A DNA stretch of 64,000 bases from the IMG/VR virus record IMGVR_UViG_3300042691_039251, positions 1 to 64,000 of that record. The stretch is one strand, 5' to 3'. Shown here piece by piece: positions 48,079 through 61,329 of this stretch. Each line of letters starts with the position of its first letter. Positions within the stretch are counted from its first letter, which is position 1. This DNA comes from a virus. Position numbers and translations under genes: made by a program. The notes beneath the pieces are model-generated. The model made no database searches. It was not told the origin of the DNA and was given only the letters and a program-made list of their open reading frames with translations.

Positions 48079-51000
48079 TTGGCCGGCTATAAGATTACGA
48101 ACACCTCGGGAATCGGCCTCAACACCGACAACGAGGGAGTTTCAATTCCAACAACATCCAATCCTGCTAACTTGAGGACGACTGGAGTTCCTACGGGCTC
48201 CATCGTCTTCAACACAGCAAATAACCAGTTCTACGGCTTCAACGGTACGAGTTGGGTCATAGCTTCTACTTCGGGGACCTCCGGTTCGACCGGCACTTCA
48301 GGAACCTCGGGAACTTCCAGCACTTCAGGCACAAGCGGTTCTACAGGAACGAGCGGAACTTCGGGTTCGAGTGGTACTTCAGGGACCAGCGGAACGAGCG
48401 GCTCTTCTGGGACGAGTGGGACTTCTGGGTCTAGTGGGACTAGTGGAACCTCGGGTTCTAGCGGAACTTCAGGAACGAGCGGAACCGCGGGAACGAGCGG
48501 AACCACTGGGACGAGTGGATCTAGCGGAACTGCAGGGACGAGCGGAACTACAGGAACGAGCGGAACGAGTGGACCACAGGGCCCTCAAGGACCAATCGGA
48601 CCACAAGGTGCAATCGGACCACAAGGCGCGACTGGGCCTCAAGGACCTCTGGGACCACAGGGACCGCAGGGACCGCAGGGAGTACAAGGACCTAGCGGAA
48701 CGAGCGGAACTTCAGGCGCTCAAGGGCCTGGAGGATCATCGGGAACTAGTGGAACTGCGGGAACCAGCGGAACCAGCCCCGCCAGCCAGGTCACAGGTTC
48801 TGGAACAGAAGGTCAAATTGCATATTGGTCTTCATCATCAGCTATCACAGGAGAGAGCGGTTTGACATGGAACGCAGCTAGCGATACATTGTCAGTTTTT
48901 GGTTGGGTCGATTCTTACAGAAGATTCAGACTGTATTTTAACGACATTCAAACTCTCGCCGCTGAGCTCTATGAAGATGGAGCATCAACTAACGGTGGTA
49001 CTTTAACTCTTTACGGCAAAGCGAGCGGAACCGTCGACACCGTTATTTCTGCTGCTCCAACTAAGCTGAACTACATCAACAATGCTGCCAACCTTATGGT
49101 CGGTTGGAACACTGATCAAGGCGTTAAATTTGCAGCTAATGGAAGCGGACTTTTTAGCGGAGATCTACAAGTAGGTAGCTCCAATGTTACGAGCGTTAGC
49201 CTTAGAATCACGAGGAATAATGCTACTATCCCTGCAGATGCTAACTATTTTGTGGCTTCAGCCAACACTCCTAACCATTCTTGGATCGAAGGCGGTTATT
49301 TTACAGGAGAATTGGCGGGAGTTATTACCGCACCCAATTCAGGCTACCCATATTTTGAAAATTGGGCAGGCCAGGGCAGCGCAACATCTAAATCTTTCGG
49401 TTTTGTAAATAAGACGAGCGGTACGTTCATAAGTACAGATTTTTTATACACTCTCAGTTTATTGAGGACTGGCCAGGTCAGATTTAATCAATATGGTTCA
49501 GGAACCTTCACCGGAACTGTAGCTTATAACCTCGCGGTCGATTCAAGCGGTAATGTCATTGAAACTGCAGGCGGTGTAGTTGATGGAAGCGGCACAGCTA
49601 ACAGATTAGCAAAATGGAGTGATTCTAACACTCTAACAAACGCAAACGTCACAGACGACGGAAGCACAGTCAGAATAAACACTCTTCCTCTACTCTCTGA
49701 TTCCAGGTTAGCAGTAGGAACTGCCGGTGGTGATCAGACTTACGCATCAATCTTCATCGGTGGAGCTATCACTAGCGGAACAAATCAATATGCACTATTA
49801 TGTGATCCTCAGCTGGCTGGTACTGGAGACAATTATGCTCTTTTTGCAAATGCGAGAATTAAAGCAAATACGGCCGTAACTAACGCCTTTGGTGTTTATA
49901 TCCCTTCAGCTGAAAAGCTATCGGGTGCCACTATAGCTAACAACTACGCTCTTTACATAGCCAATCAGACTAGTGGTAGCAGCACTAACTATTCGATCTA
50001 TTCATCAGGTGGCTTGAATTATTTCGGTGGAATTGTAGGAATAGGAGCAACACCAGTCAGCGGTATTTCTCTCTACATAAAAGGAAATGGTGTAGACAGC
50101 CCTCTATTAAAAATGCAGGGCCTTGCGAACACCACTGCAATGCTCGGAGACACTACTACAGGAACCACTGATGTGGGTAATCTGTGGTTGTATAACGAAG
50201 GAACACTACGCATCAGATTAGACTCAGATACAGCAGGCACATCTTATATTAACGCCGGAAATTTTGTAGTAGGTTCATCATCAGGTAGCGGTTACAAAGT
50301 AGAATTTTTCGGAGGTCACGAAGACATTCTAAGAATACACAATACGACAACTACTGGAGATTCTCTCATTGCTTTCACTAATGCAGATGGAACTTTAGGA
50401 AGAATACAGGCTGTAGATGGTGGGGGCTTCGTCGTAGACACACCGGGAATTGATAGAACTAATTTTCTGATCGGCTTAAATTCGACAACGATACCAAATA
50501 ATGCAGCAGGCCGTGGCAATCTTGTGGTAAACGGCTCTTCGAGCTCGATAATGCAGATGACTGTAGACGGTATCGAAAAAGGTTATGTGTATCATAACGG
50601 AGTCAACATGGAACTCTGGAACACTGCAGATGGAGATATTGCTGTAGGTGCTAACAATACGCAAATAGCTGCTTTCAAGGCAGCCACAAGCGGCCAAAGA
50701 AATTTTGTGGTAGGCGGTTCCACTGCTCTCTCAGCAGCTTCAAACAGAGGTAACATAACCATCAACGGAGCTTCTAACTCTATACTCGCATTCGGCGTAA
50801 ACAATGTGTTAAAAGGCTATCTGTACAATAACGGTACCAGCTTCTACATGAACATGGGAGCTGGTGACATGATATTTGAAGGAGATACAGCGACTCCTTT
50901 AACTTTGAACCAGAACGGTTTTGTTGGAGTCAGAACAACTCCTCTCTATCAATTTTCAGTCAACGGTTCTACTGGTGGAATAGACTTTGAGACGAACAAT

Positions 51001-53241
51001 AACTCGACTTCAGCAACGAGCATACTTTATACTGTAAGAGAAACTGGAGTATCGAGAACTATTACGACAGGCGGTTACACGTACGGATCTTCCAATCCGC
51101 TGACGATGGTTCTCACTCAAAACTCTAACACTCCGATTGGAATGTATTATTCAGCAGACAACGCTGAAGGTGCAGGCTTAAAAGGTTACAAGTCTAGAGG
51201 TACTGTCGCAGCTCCGGTTTCGGTGAACAGCGGTGATACCATCTTCTCAATGGAAGGTTGGGCTTTTCATGGTGCAGGTCCTAACCAAGCAAAATTCGGT
51301 GCAGGCATAAGATTTGTGAAAGATGATACTTTCGGTACTGCAAATACTTTTGCTCCACAAAGAACTGAGTTTTACAATGCAGTCAATACAACTACGGTGC
51401 AGACCAACGTAGTCATTTTTCCTAACGGAAATACTTCCATTGGGTCTACCTCATATTTCAGTACGTATAAATTGTATGTGGGTGGCATGATCGCTTCGAG
51501 CACCGGATTTTTACTCGACAGCGGACAGTACACCGGCGTAGCCGGAGTGCCTTATGCAGGTATGTTCATGACAGAATCTGCTTCTTCAGATGGATTCGGA
51601 GCTCTTCTTTTAGCAGCGAGAACTGATGCAGCTAGGCCGATCATCTTTGGAACGTACAACGGATCTGCCATGGGGGAAAGAGCGAGAATCACCGCGACAG
51701 GAACCCTCCTGGTTAATGCCACTAACGCAGACATTGGTGGATCGGTGACTGGGATTGCATTATCTTCAGGTAACAAGGTGCTCGTCTCAGACAACACTAC
51801 CGGAATTGGATCCTTCCTTTTCTACGGGGACAGAAGAGGGACTGGTAATACTGGAGCAATTTACATGTTGGCTAGAGGCGGATTCTATAAAGCATCCATC
51901 GGAGTTCTAGGCGTAGACTCGACGACTGATGATGGAGGAATTACTTTTAACACTATAAGCGGTAACTCCACTGCTACAGAAAGGATGAGAGTCACTCCTA
52001 GCGGAGTAGGAATTAACACCGGCTACGCTCCAGATAATCCTCTCGAAGTTTTCGGTGCAGATAGCGGAATCAAGATAAGCTCGGCCGTAGCAAATAGACC
52101 TCAGTTGAGATTTGAATGTGGAACTACCGAGAACATGGTCCTCTCAGCCAACTCTTCTTATGGAGCGATCGGAGATTCTTCTTCCGCCGACAGATACATG
52201 ATCTTCAGAAGTGGTAATGTGGGGATAGGCGCTAGCGCTTCAAACCCTGCAGTAAAGCTGGATATAGTTGACAGTACTTCAGCAGTGAGAGCTCGAGTAA
52301 AAAACATAGATGGTGCAGGCTCAGCGGGGTTAATTCTTAATCCTGAGGGAGGTGGCGCAGGCTCAACCGGGGATGCTACTGTCTTCTTCGACATGAATAA
52401 CACTGCATGGGTCGCAGGAGTAGATAAAACTGATAGCTCCAAATTTAAGATAGCTAATGATGTTTACGGGGATTTTAGAGATTTTAATTACTTAACTATT
52501 CAGACTAACGGCTTAATAGGGATAAGCACTACTGCACCTGGGGAATATCTCACTATCGGAAGAAATGACGCTAGTGACGGAAACGCATACTCTTTAGCGA
52601 TACTCAGATCAGGTACATCAGCCGCTCCAGGAACTTGGAAGTCTACACCGGCTATCAGAATCGAAGACATTTCAGGTGACGGTCCGAGCTCTTTTTCTAC
52701 AACATCAGGACTACTTCAGATCAATACGGGTAGAATCGCAGACGCTGACACTTATGCTAATAACGCTCTGATGATCAACTGCGTCAACGACAACGGCCCG
52801 GCTTTTGTAGTCACTGCTAAGAGACGAGTTGGTGTGGTCCAGAACCAACCTTCTTATGCGTTGGATGTCACCGGTGAAATCAGAGCAACTGGAGACATCA
52901 TCGCTTACTCTGATATGAGAATGAAGAAAGACGTCCAGACTCTAGAATCTGCTCTGGACAAAGTCTCTAAGCTCCGAGGTGTCAGCTACCGAATGAAAAA
53001 TTCCGATAAAGACGATCTCAAAATCGGAGTCATCGCACAGGAAGTCCAGCAGGTCATTCCAGAAGTCGTCAGCGAAGACGATAACGGAAATCTTTCAGTG
53101 GCTTACGGTAACATGGTCGGACTTCTCATCGAAGCAGTAAAAGAGCTCTCCACGCAGAATAAGGAACAACAAGGAGAGATAGATAGTCTAAAGAGACAGT
53201 TAGCATCTGTCCTCCAAAGAACTATCGATGGCCGGATATAG
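48079..53241 (+). CDS. Collagen-like tail fibre paralogue 3 with S74 chaperone
   Basis: TTG start, 56 triplets (48274-48777, one STS), SDMRMK...GVIAQEV. Confidence 0.9.
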   Translation: MAGYKITNTSGIGLNTDNEGVSIPTTSNPANLRTTGVPTGSIVFNTANNQFYGFNGTSWVIASTSGTSGSTGTSGTSGTSSTSGTSGSTGTSGTSGSSGTSGTSGTSGSSGTSGTSGSSGTSGTSGSSGTSGTSGTAGTSGTTGTSGSSGTAGTSGTTGTSGTSGPQGPQGPIGPQGAIGPQGATGPQGPLGPQGPQGPQGVQGPSGTSGTSGAQGPGGSSGTSGTAGTSGTSPASQVTGSGTEGQIAYWSSSSAITGESGLTWNAASDTLSVFGWVDSYRRFRLYFNDIQTLAAELYEDGASTNGGTLTLYGKASGTVDTVISAAPTKLNYINNAANLMVGWNTDQGVKFAANGSGLFSGDLQVGSSNVTSVSLRITRNNATIPADANYFVASANTPNHSWIEGGYFTGELAGVITAPNSGYPYFENWAGQGSATSKSFGFVNKTSGTFISTDFLYTLSLLRTGQVRFNQYGSGTFTGTVAYNLAVDSSGNVIETAGGVVDGSGTANRLAKWSDSNTLTNANVTDDGSTVRINTLPLLSDSRLAVGTAGGDQTYASIFIGGAITSGTNQYALLCDPQLAGTGDNYALFANARIKANTAVTNAFGVYIPSAEKLSGATIANNYALYIANQTSGSSTNYSIYSSGGLNYFGGIVGIGATPVSGISLYIKGNGVDSPLLKMQGLANTTAMLGDTTTGTTDVGNLWLYNEGTLRIRLDSDTAGTSYINAGNFVVGSSSGSGYKVEFFGGHEDILRIHNTTTTGDSLIAFTNADGTLGRIQAVDGGGFVVDTPGIDRTNFLIGLNSTTIPNNAAGRGNLVVNGSSSSIMQMTVDGIEKGYVYHNGVNMELWNTADGDIAVGANNTQIAAFKAATSGQRNFVVGGSTALSAASNRGNITINGASNSILAFGVNNVLKGYLYNNGTSFYMNMGAGDMIFEGDTATPLTLNQNGFVGVRTTPLYQFSVNGSTGGIDFETNNNSTSATSILYTVRETGVSRTITTGGYTYGSSNPLTMVLTQNSNTPIGMYYSADNAEGAGLKGYKSRGTVAAPVSVNSGDTIFSMEGWAFHGAGPNQAKFGAGIRFVKDDTFGTANTFAPQRTEFYNAVNTTTVQTNVVIFPNGNTSIGSTSYFSTYKLYVGGMIASSTGFLLDSGQYTGVAGVPYAGMFMTESASSDGFGALLLAARTDAARPIIFGTYNGSAMGERARITATGTLLVNATNADIGGSVTGIALSSGNKVLVSDNTTGIGSFLFYGDRRGTGNTGAIYMLARGGFYKASIGVLGVDSTTDDGGITFNTISGNSTATERMRVTPSGVGINTGYAPDNPLEVFGADSGIKISSAVANRPQLRFECGTTENMVLSANSSYGAIGDSSSADRYMIFRSGNVGIGASASNPAVKLDIVDSTSAVRARVKNIDGAGSAGLILNPEGGGAGSTGDATVFFDMNNTAWVAGVDKTDSSKFKIANDVYGDFRDFNYLTIQTNGLIGISTTAPGEYLTIGRNDASDGNAYSLAILRSGTSAAPGTWKSTPAIRIEDISGDGPSSFSTTSGLLQINTGRIADADTYANNALMINCVNDNGPAFVVTAKRRVGVVQNQPSYALDVTGEIRATGDIIAYSDMRMKKDVQTLESALDKVSKLRGVSYRMKNSDKDDLKIGVIAQEVQQVIPEVVSEDDNGNLSVAYGNMVGLLIEAVKELSTQNKEQQGEIDSLKRQLASVLQRTIDGRI

Positions 53242-56200
53242 AATATCAAATACTTCAGGAATTGCTCTCTCCACAGATAATGAGGGCATATCCTTTCCCA
53301 CAGTCAGCAACGTGAACCAGCTGAGGACTTCAGGAGTCCCGACCGGTTCTGTCGTCTATAACACTGGGGACAATCAGCTCTACGCATTTAACGGAACAAG
53401 TTGGATCCGGGCCTCAACTTCAGGAACTTCGGGCTCGGCTGGCACTGCTGGGAGCTCAGGCACCAATGGGACTTCAGGAACCTCGGGTTCTAGCGGAACT
53501 AGCGGTACCTCGGGTTCTAGCGGAACCAGCGGGACTTCTGGAACGAGCGGTTCCAGCGGAACGAGCGGAACTTCAGGCAGCAGCGGAACCGGTGGAACTA
53601 GCGGTACTTCGGGATCTTCTGGAACCAGTGGGACTAGTGGATCCTCAGGGACGAGCGGGACCAGTGGAACGAGCGGGACCAGTGGAACGAGCGGCTCATC
53701 CGGGACTGCAGGGACATCAGGTTCTAGTGGAACAGCAGGAACTAGCGGTACAAGCGGCATAGCAGGGCCACAAGGTCCACAGGGGCCGATCGGACCTCAA
53801 GGAGTCCAAGGTCCACAAGGTCCACAGGGGCCGCAAGGTCCACAGGGTGGTGGAGGATCTGCAGGAACGAGCGGAACTAGCGGAGGGCAAGGGCCTCAAG
53901 GGCCTCAAGGTCCTATTGGACCGCAAGGTAATACTGGGCCGCAGGGTCCACAGGGACCTAATGGAACTTCGGGAACTAGTGGAGGGCAAGGGCCCGGTGG
54001 AACGAGTGGAACGAGTGGAAACAGCGGGACTTCAGGTACGAGTGGATCAGGTACGAGCGGTACGAGCGGTACTTCCGCAGCCTCAGCAATTACTAATAAC
54101 GTCAATAATTACGTCGTCACTGCGACTGGAAACGGTAGTACGCCTTTTAATGGTGAAGCCAATCTCCAGTTCGACGGGAGTGTTTTAGGAGTCAACGGAG
54201 GGATCGGTGACACGGGAAACGGCAGAATAGTTAAGCCCGGAGGAGCCTATTATCAGACTAGCTCTTCTTCGGTAACAGGAGCTATCAAGATCAAGCTCCC
54301 AATTGCGAAGAACAATTCTTCGACGATGCTAATGTTTACTGTCAGAGTCTATCAATATACTACTGGCTATTCTCATGAGTTCATCATCGGAGGCTACAAT
54401 TACGTCTTGGGAGATTGGTATAACATCTTTGCGATCAACACTACCGACATTGGAAGCAATTATACTGTCAGATTCGGCCGAGACGGTACGAGTGATTGCG
54501 TCTGGATCGGAGAAACTAACAGCAGTTGGACTTATCCTCAGGTCTTCGTTACTGATATGCAAGGCGGTTATAGCAACTACGATGATGTCTGGGCTACCGG
54601 ATGGAGCGTCTCTTTCGCGACTTCCTTCGACACAGTAGAACAGAGTCGGACTGCAGCCTACGTCCTCAACAGTTCGAACTCTCCTTACGCTTACAATATG
54701 AACCAGAACGTGAGGACTACAGACAGTCCTACGTTCAACACAGTTAATTTAAGCTCTTCTCTGACGATCAACTATCCTATCTACTCTTACTGGGCTATCG
54801 GTCCTTCCGATAACGTGAGAACCGGCATCGGACAATATGACACGACCGCGATGGAGGCTGGAGTCGGAGGTCAATTTGTTCTAGGTTACAAATACACTTC
54901 AGCCGGAGATTATACAGAGGGCGCGATCATCAAGATGTACAAGCTGAATGGGACCTCTGGAGATTACAGCTCAGGCTTAAAATTCCAAGTCAGGGTCTCA
55001 GGAGACAGCTTGAGCACTAAAATGACCCTCGATCCCTATGGAAGGCTAGGAATCGGGACTACGACACCCGATAAGCAGCTCACAGTCTACAATTCAACTG
55101 CCGGTAATGATAACAGCGGCATCAGAATCGATAGAAGTGCAACCGATAGAGAAGCCAATCTTCAGTTCAGCACAGCTGGCAGCAATAAATGGTGGTTCCA
55201 GCTGGACAATAATAGCACCAATAATTTTTATCTCTATCAAGATACAGCTGGATTTGTTCAAACTTGGTTACCTGACGGCAAGGTAGGAATCGGAATCACG
55301 CCTAGCTATAAATTTCACGTCAAAGGTGGAAATGAAGTAGGCTCTAGATTCATAGTCACAGGGACTTATGCACCGATACAGTTCAGCGGAGACGATTCGA
55401 CGACTATTGGAGCTCTAAACGCATATTCAAGCATAATTGCTTTCGGCCGGGGTACTTCTACAGGAATAGAAGCTGACATCGCAGTCCAATCTACGACTGG
55501 GCGCGTTGCGGTAGGAACTACTACATTCGACGCAGGTAAGAGAATAAACATTAGCGGAGCGTGGGCTGCCACTGTCACAGCTGACGGAGCCAATTCAGCA
55601 GACAGGTGTTGGATCAGAGATACCGCCAGCGGAGCTTATTTGGATTTTGTAGTATACTCAGCTGGAGGTTCGCCCTATAGCGATTCGATGGGAATGTTTG
55701 TCAGAGGTGGTAAGGATGCTTTGATCATGGCAAACGATGCTAACATTAGATTCGTCACCGCTGGCTACTCTGAGAGGATGAGAGTTCTCAATAACGGTAA
55801 CGTATTGATAGGCACCACGGGTGACGGAGGTTACAAGTTAGATGTAATGGGATCGATAAGATCTTTAGCTGAAAACTCCCTTCTTGTTTCAATGTCATCT
55901 AATGCAGCTAACGACGCAGTTGTTGCTTCTAGGTGGACTTCCGGCGTAGGAATGGAGATGAGATACCATCCCAATTCGGCTGTGGCATTCTTACAAAACA
56001 CATATCAAGTCACATCAGGACAAGAATTCGGAGACATTCGTTTCAGGCAGAACGTCGGAGGCACTATGGTCACCAGAATGATGATCAAAGCAGATGGCGG
56101 TAATGTCGGCATAGGAACGACACCTAGCTATAGATTGCACGTCGACGGCGGAGCTTCAGGAAATCCTCTCTTCGTAAAAGGCGGAACTTCTGGTTGGGTT

Positions 56201-57481
56201 ATTTTTGAAAGAAATGGAAAACAGCTTTATCTGAATGCAAACTATTCGGATCTCAATTTATATGCTCAAGTTTCTCCCCTATCATCTCATAATATGGGAT
56301 TGTCACTTTCTGCCAGAGAAGTCGTTGAAGATCTCTATCTAAACACTTCAGGCAATGTAGGAGTAGGTACAGGTTCACCTGATAGAAAGCTACATGTTTA
56401 TACTGGAGCTCCAACCGGTGCTACAGGCTCATCAGCCAATAGTGCAATACTAATAGACAGTAACGGTAACCAATACTTAGAATTCAGGACGAGATCAGAC
56501 AGTACCGGTATTATGCAAGGTCTGCTCTTCACCGACAACGGTAGAAACGGGTTCATGGGCTTCAAAGAATATACGGCCGCTGCTGCCAACACTTACGGAG
56601 AATCTATTCAGTTCGCAATCCAAGATTTTTCAGGTTCTGATGCAGGTAGTGGATTTTGGTGGGGTACTACGACAGATGCAGCCAACGGTATCACGACCCC
56701 GAGAATGTTCCTCAGAAGCAACGGTAACCTCAATCTGGGATATAGCACCGATCAGGGTTATAGACTCGCCGTGAGCGGTACAACTTATATCTCTAGCAGT
56801 TTCTCGGTCAACACCGCTTCTTATTCCACTACCTTTGGCGACGCTGGAAGTTCTTTAATTAAAGGTTACTCTTCGGACGGTTACACTGCAGCTTTCTACG
56901 GGCCGATTGGTACTAATCTCACGAATCCTTTTAGAGGAGGGCTTGTCATGGCAGACACGACTGCCCTCGCTGCTAACGTCGGAGGCCAGATCGCTTTAGG
57001 TTACAAGTACGATGGCAACGAGATCACTACAGGTGCCATCATTAAGCAGTACAAAGAGAACGGTAGCAGTGGGCACTACGGATCAGGTCTTTATATTATG
57101 GTCAGAAACACTGGGGAAGAAATAAATGTCAAATTCAACCTCAATCCTTCAGGTTCTCTCACAGTCAAAGGTGATCTCATCGCTTATGGATCCCCTTCAG
57201 ATGCTCGTCTTAAGAACATCAAAGAGAAGATCCAAGATCCGATCGGCATCTTGAAGAAGATCAACGGCTACCGATTTGATTGGAAGAAAGAAGATCTCGT
57301 ACTCAAGCTCAAAGAAGACATAGGAGTCATCGCTCAAGAAGTCCAAGAAGTTCTCCCGGAGCTCGTGAGGCTGAATAATGACGGCTACTATTCAGTGAGA
57401 GAAAAGGGACTCATCCCGATTCTCATCGAAGCGATCAAAGAACTCAATCAGAGAATTGAAGATCTCGAAAGAGATAGATAA
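53228..57481 (+). CDS. Collagen-like tail fibre paralogue 4 with S74 chaperone
   Basis: ATG start, about 72 triplets (53423-54076), SDARLK...GVIAQEV. Confidence 0.9.
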   Translation: MAGYRISNTSGIALSTDNEGISFPTVSNVNQLRTSGVPTGSVVYNTGDNQLYAFNGTSWIRASTSGTSGSAGTAGSSGTNGTSGTSGSSGTSGTSGSSGTSGTSGTSGSSGTSGTSGSSGTGGTSGTSGSSGTSGTSGSSGTSGTSGTSGTSGTSGSSGTAGTSGSSGTAGTSGTSGIAGPQGPQGPIGPQGVQGPQGPQGPQGPQGGGGSAGTSGTSGGQGPQGPQGPIGPQGNTGPQGPQGPNGTSGTSGGQGPGGTSGTSGNSGTSGTSGSGTSGTSGTSAASAITNNVNNYVVTATGNGSTPFNGEANLQFDGSVLGVNGGIGDTGNGRIVKPGGAYYQTSSSSVTGAIKIKLPIAKNNSSTMLMFTVRVYQYTTGYSHEFIIGGYNYVLGDWYNIFAINTTDIGSNYTVRFGRDGTSDCVWIGETNSSWTYPQVFVTDMQGGYSNYDDVWATGWSVSFATSFDTVEQSRTAAYVLNSSNSPYAYNMNQNVRTTDSPTFNTVNLSSSLTINYPIYSYWAIGPSDNVRTGIGQYDTTAMEAGVGGQFVLGYKYTSAGDYTEGAIIKMYKLNGTSGDYSSGLKFQVRVSGDSLSTKMTLDPYGRLGIGTTTPDKQLTVYNSTAGNDNSGIRIDRSATDREANLQFSTAGSNKWWFQLDNNSTNNFYLYQDTAGFVQTWLPDGKVGIGITPSYKFHVKGGNEVGSRFIVTGTYAPIQFSGDDSTTIGALNAYSSIIAFGRGTSTGIEADIAVQSTTGRVAVGTTTFDAGKRINISGAWAATVTADGANSADRCWIRDTASGAYLDFVVYSAGGSPYSDSMGMFVRGGKDALIMANDANIRFVTAGYSERMRVLNNGNVLIGTTGDGGYKLDVMGSIRSLAENSLLVSMSSNAANDAVVASRWTSGVGMEMRYHPNSAVAFLQNTYQVTSGQEFGDIRFRQNVGGTMVTRMMIKADGGNVGIGTTPSYRLHVDGGASGNPLFVKGGTSGWVIFERNGKQLYLNANYSDLNLYAQVSPLSSHNMGLSLSAREVVEDLYLNTSGNVGVGTGSPDRKLHVYTGAPTGATGSSANSAILIDSNGNQYLEFRTRSDSTGIMQGLLFTDNGRNGFMGFKEYTAAAANTYGESIQFAIQDFSGSDAGSGFWWGTTTDAANGITTPRMFLRSNGNLNLGYSTDQGYRLAVSGTTYISSSFSVNTASYSTTFGDAGSSLIKGYSSDGYTAAFYGPIGTNLTNPFRGGLVMADTTALAANVGGQIALGYKYDGNEITTGAIIKQYKENGSSGHYGSGLYIMVRNTGEEINVKFNLNPSGSLTVKGDLIAYGSPSDARLKNIKEKIQDPIGILKKINGYRFDWKKEDLVLKLKEDIGVIAQEVQEVLPELVRLNNDGYYSVREKGLIPILIEAIKELNQRIEDLERDR

Positions 57482-57482
57482 G

Positions 57483-57554
57483 CAAAGCAAATCTAGTTTT
57501 GGCCGGATACCGCATATCGAACACATCGGGCATTGCCCTTTCCACTGACAACGA
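57483..57554 (+). repeat. 72-bp direct repeat (copy 2)
   Basis: Identical to 42849-42920; 57473-57518 is also identical to 61304-61349. Confidence 0.85.
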
Positions 57555-60312
57555 AGGAATCAGCATTCCTACCGCGAACGGGACTTCTGGTCTCAAGACC
57601 GCGGGCGTTCCTACGGGATCTCTCATATTTAGCACGAGTGACAACCAGCTCTACTCTTTCAACGGAACGAGCTGGGTCCGAGCTTCCACCTCAGGCAGCG
57701 CAGGAACTAGCGGTTCCTCAGGCAGCGCAGGAACTAGCGGTTCTTCGGGAACTGCTGGAACTTCAGGCTCTAGCGGAACAGCTGGGACCAGTGGATCTAG
57801 CGGAACCTCGGGAACTGCAGGAACTAGTGGAACCACCGGTCCGATCGGTCCTCAAGGGCCACAGGGACCTAACGGCCCACAGGGTTTTACGGGTCCACAA
57901 GGTGCAATCGGGCCGCAGGGAAACTCTGGACCGCAAGGAACTGGAGGCTCTAGCGGAACAGCTGGGACCAGTGGATCAAGCGGAACAGCCGGAACTAGTG
58001 GATCTAGCGGAACAGCTGGAACTAGCGGTACGAGTGGTACGAGCGGAGCTCAAGGGCCGCAGGGCAACCAGGGGCCGATCGGGCCACAGGGTTCGACTGG
58101 GCCTCAAGGAGCTCAAGGGCCACAGGGATTCCAAGGACCGAGCGGATCTAGTGGAACTAGTGGGGTTTCAGGTGCGTCAGGTACTAGTGGAACGTCTGGA
58201 ACTTCTGGTTCTTCAGGAAATAGCGGGACTTCTGGGTCATCAGGGACAAGCGGAACATCAGGCTCTAGTGGAACAGCAGGAACTAGCGGTATTCAGGGAC
58301 CTCAAGGTCCTATCGGACCACAGGGCAACACAGGTCCTCAGGGTCCTCAAGGCCCTCAGGGTCCTCAAGGCCCTCAGGGGCCAGGTGGTGGACAAGGACC
58401 TAGCGGCTCATCAGGGACAAGTGGTGTTTCAGGCGCATCAGGAACCAGCGGTACTAGTGGAACGAGTGGTGGACAGGGCCCAGGTGGTTCAAGCGGAACC
58501 TCGGGAACTAGCGGAAACAGCGGAACTTCCGGGTCATCAGGAACATCTCCAGATGCTGCTTTATACGTAGCAAAGGCCGGTGATACGATGACTGGCCAAT
58601 TGATTATAGGTGCAGGCGGTATTGGGATGCAGAGAACGCAGAACAATAACGGAATTTGGTTCAATTCAGGCTCTGATACAAATCATATTTTATGGAATGA
58701 CTACTATGGAGGGCCAACAACAAGAACGGGTTCACCTGGCGGTTTTGATGGAATAAAATGGAATACGTATAGAGGCATTCACATTAGAGGTGGAGCAGCA
58801 GGAGCTTATAATTGTATCGTAGTAACGAATAGTTCAGGAGCTGAAAACGATCACACTGTTTCTTTGTATGCTGCAAATGTGCTTAGGCTTCAGACAACAA
58901 CGAGTGGAGTTAACATTTCGGGTAATCTTGTAAATACAGGGACAGTTACAGCAACATCTACGGGAGTAGATGGCACTTTTGCAAACGCTTTTATTGCACA
59001 GTATTCGGGTAATAATGCCGAAACGAATGCTATCCAAACGGCTGTTTCTTCTGCAGCTACACAGAGTGGATTTAGGTTTCAAGTAAGCGATGGCGGAGGC
59101 TCTTCGGCAAGAACGAGTGTAGTTGATTTTTTACGAGATAGGGCTAATTTCTATACTCGGCTTCAGGCAATCGGTGCTGCCGTACAAACTGAAGGTTTAT
59201 TAAATATAAGCAACACCTACGCTAGCGGAGGTGTTTATTATCCCGCAGCAAAATTCAGAAACACTCGAGGAGACCACAGTTACGGAATCGTATCTGAATT
59301 TTCAACTGGTTCCACAGGTGGTGACAGGGCTACAGTTTTATTTTACAGCGATTCAGCTGCTCACAGCTGGCAAGTAGGCCAAGTAACAGCAGCCTGGGGA
59401 AATGGAGACTCGTTTGGAATCGGTTATAGAGCTAATAATGCACCGAGCACATTTTCTAATTGGCCAACTAATTACTTTACTATTGCTACTGGAGGCAACG
59501 TAGGTATCGGAGTTACTAATCCCCTGGCTAAACTAGATGTATCGGGCAGCATATATGTAAGAACAGGAAACGCATTATATACAGATTCAATAGCAGGATA
59601 TAGCGTGGGTGTTGTCTCTCTAGCTTCAGCTACTAATTTCTTGGTGCCTTCAGGACGTATTACAATAGGCACAGAAAACACTACAGACGGTAGACTTCAA
59701 GTTAGGGGTGCAGGAGTTGCTGATGCGACAACTACTTATGGTATTATTCTTGATAGAGGGACAAAAATCGCATGGACAAATACTGGAAATGCTAGTACAG
59801 GAGAGTACATATATTCTCAAGCCGACAGCCCCTATGCTGTAACTATACACTCAGGCGGCTATAATGCTCTCGCATGTCCAAACACGAGTCATGTGTATAT
59901 TAACTATGAAGCAGGAACTTGCTCGATAGGCAGCACATCATTCAGCACTTCATATAAACTTTATGTGACAGGCCAAATTTATGCTACTTCTGACATAACG
60001 GCATATTCTGATAGGAGAAAGAAAGAAAACATCACCACCATAGACAATGCTCTCGATAAAGTTTCAGGCTTAAGAGGTGTGTTCTATAACAGAATAGATG
60101 ATGAATCTAAGAAAAGAAATCTCGGTGTCATTGCACAGGAAGTATTAGAAATAGTGCCAGAAGCAGTTTCTTACGCTGAGGATACAGACGAATACGGAGT
60201 GAAATACGGTAACCTGGTCGGACTTCTCATTGAAGCTATCAAGGAACAACAGGCGACGATCGCTTCTCAAGGTGAACGAATAAACAGCTTGGAAAAACTT
60301 TTGAAATCTTAA
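57499..60312 (+). CDS. Collagen-like tail fibre paralogue 5 with S74 chaperone
   Basis: TTG start, 95 triplets (57694-58548), SDRRKK...GVIAQEV. Confidence 0.9.
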   Translation: MAGYRISNTSGIALSTDNEGISIPTANGTSGLKTAGVPTGSLIFSTSDNQLYSFNGTSWVRASTSGSAGTSGSSGSAGTSGSSGTAGTSGSSGTAGTSGSSGTSGTAGTSGTTGPIGPQGPQGPNGPQGFTGPQGAIGPQGNSGPQGTGGSSGTAGTSGSSGTAGTSGSSGTAGTSGTSGTSGAQGPQGNQGPIGPQGSTGPQGAQGPQGFQGPSGSSGTSGVSGASGTSGTSGTSGSSGNSGTSGSSGTSGTSGSSGTAGTSGIQGPQGPIGPQGNTGPQGPQGPQGPQGPQGPGGGQGPSGSSGTSGVSGASGTSGTSGTSGGQGPGGSSGTSGTSGNSGTSGSSGTSPDAALYVAKAGDTMTGQLIIGAGGIGMQRTQNNNGIWFNSGSDTNHILWNDYYGGPTTRTGSPGGFDGIKWNTYRGIHIRGGAAGAYNCIVVTNSSGAENDHTVSLYAANVLRLQTTTSGVNISGNLVNTGTVTATSTGVDGTFANAFIAQYSGNNAETNAIQTAVSSAATQSGFRFQVSDGGGSSARTSVVDFLRDRANFYTRLQAIGAAVQTEGLLNISNTYASGGVYYPAAKFRNTRGDHSYGIVSEFSTGSTGGDRATVLFYSDSAAHSWQVGQVTAAWGNGDSFGIGYRANNAPSTFSNWPTNYFTIATGGNVGIGVTNPLAKLDVSGSIYVRTGNALYTDSIAGYSVGVVSLASATNFLVPSGRITIGTENTTDGRLQVRGAGVADATTTYGIILDRGTKIAWTNTGNASTGEYIYSQADSPYAVTIHSGGYNALACPNTSHVYINYEAGTCSIGSTSFSTSYKLYVTGQIYATSDITAYSDRRKKENITTIDNALDKVSGLRGVFYNRIDDESKKRNLGVIAQEVLEIVPEAVSYAEDTDEYGVKYGNLVGLLIEAIKEQQATIASQGERINSLEKLLKS

Positions 60313-60313
60313 G

Positions 60314-61276
60314 ATGCCTAACAAGATCAAATATAGCACTACAGCTGACAGCAGCCGAGCCTTAAAGAAGGGAAACGTTCTCATCGGTACGAGAGACCTT
60401 GAATACGGACCGACCTCAAGCACTGGTTATTGGAATGGGATCACTCCACCTTCAGCGTACACAGTCTACACCGTGCCTTCCAATGCAAATACGCCCAGCA
60501 TGGTCACGCCTGCAAATGACACTCAGATGATCGCTTATGCAAGAACTCTAGGCGGAAATCCATCCACGATAGGAGACGCTCTAAGCTATGTTGCGGGACT
60601 AACGAATTCTATAGCAGTCAATCGAGACTATGAGGACATTGTTCTCGACAGTCTCGTTTTTGGTTGGGACGCAGGTTTCACAGCTTCTTACCCAAGAGCT
60701 GGAAGCACTGTCTATGATCTAGTAGGATCTTCTAACGGAACAGCAGTCTCTACTTCTTACAACAGTTCTAACGGAGGATCTCTGGCTTCTAGCTCAGGCT
60801 ACATTAACATGGGCTCGCAGAATCTCCAGAGAAACTGGTCTTTAGAAGGCTGGTTCTATATGGTTGATAGTACATCTTTTGGCGTCTTTGGTCAAGGGAC
60901 ACAAGCTCAGAGCGCAGGACTTCACATAATTTACTCTAGCGGATCTCGCGGAATGATCTTTGGTTTATACAGCAACGATAACGATTACATGAATAATTAT
61001 CGTCCGTCAGATAATGTTTGGTACCACTGGGTCTTTACTTACAACAATTCAACATACGACAAACAGTTCTATGCCAACGGAGTCTTACAGACGCCGGGAT
61101 CGAGCGTAGAAACAGTTTATAGCGGTTCAGGCCAATTGAACGTCGGAGCAGCTTACGGCTCACCTTTATCTCTTTATAACGGTAGGATAGCAATCTCTCG
61201 AATGTACAGCAAGGTTCTTTCAGGATCTGAAATTTCTCAAAATTTTAACACTCAGAAATCTCGCTTTGGATATTGA
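60314..61276 (+). CDS. LamG/concanavalin A-like lectin-domain virion protein
   Basis: DAGFTASYP, WSLEGWF, WYHWVFTY, MYSKVLSGSEISQNFN. Confidence 0.8.
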   Translation: MPNKIKYSTTADSSRALKKGNVLIGTRDLEYGPTSSTGYWNGITPPSAYTVYTVPSNANTPSMVTPANDTQMIAYARTLGGNPSTIGDALSYVAGLTNSIAVNRDYEDIVLDSLVFGWDAGFTASYPRAGSTVYDLVGSSNGTAVSTSYNSSNGGSLASSSGYINMGSQNLQRNWSLEGWFYMVDSTSFGVFGQGTQAQSAGLHIIYSSGSRGMIFGLYSNDNDYMNNYRPSDNVWYHWVFTYNNSTYDKQFYANGVLQTPGSSVETVYSGSGQLNVGAAYGSPLSLYNGRIAISRMYSKVLSGSEISQNFNTQKSRFGY

Positions 61277-61329
61277 TCTTTTTCTCGATGAAGATTTCGC
61301 TTAGATAGATAAGCAAAGCAAATCTAGTT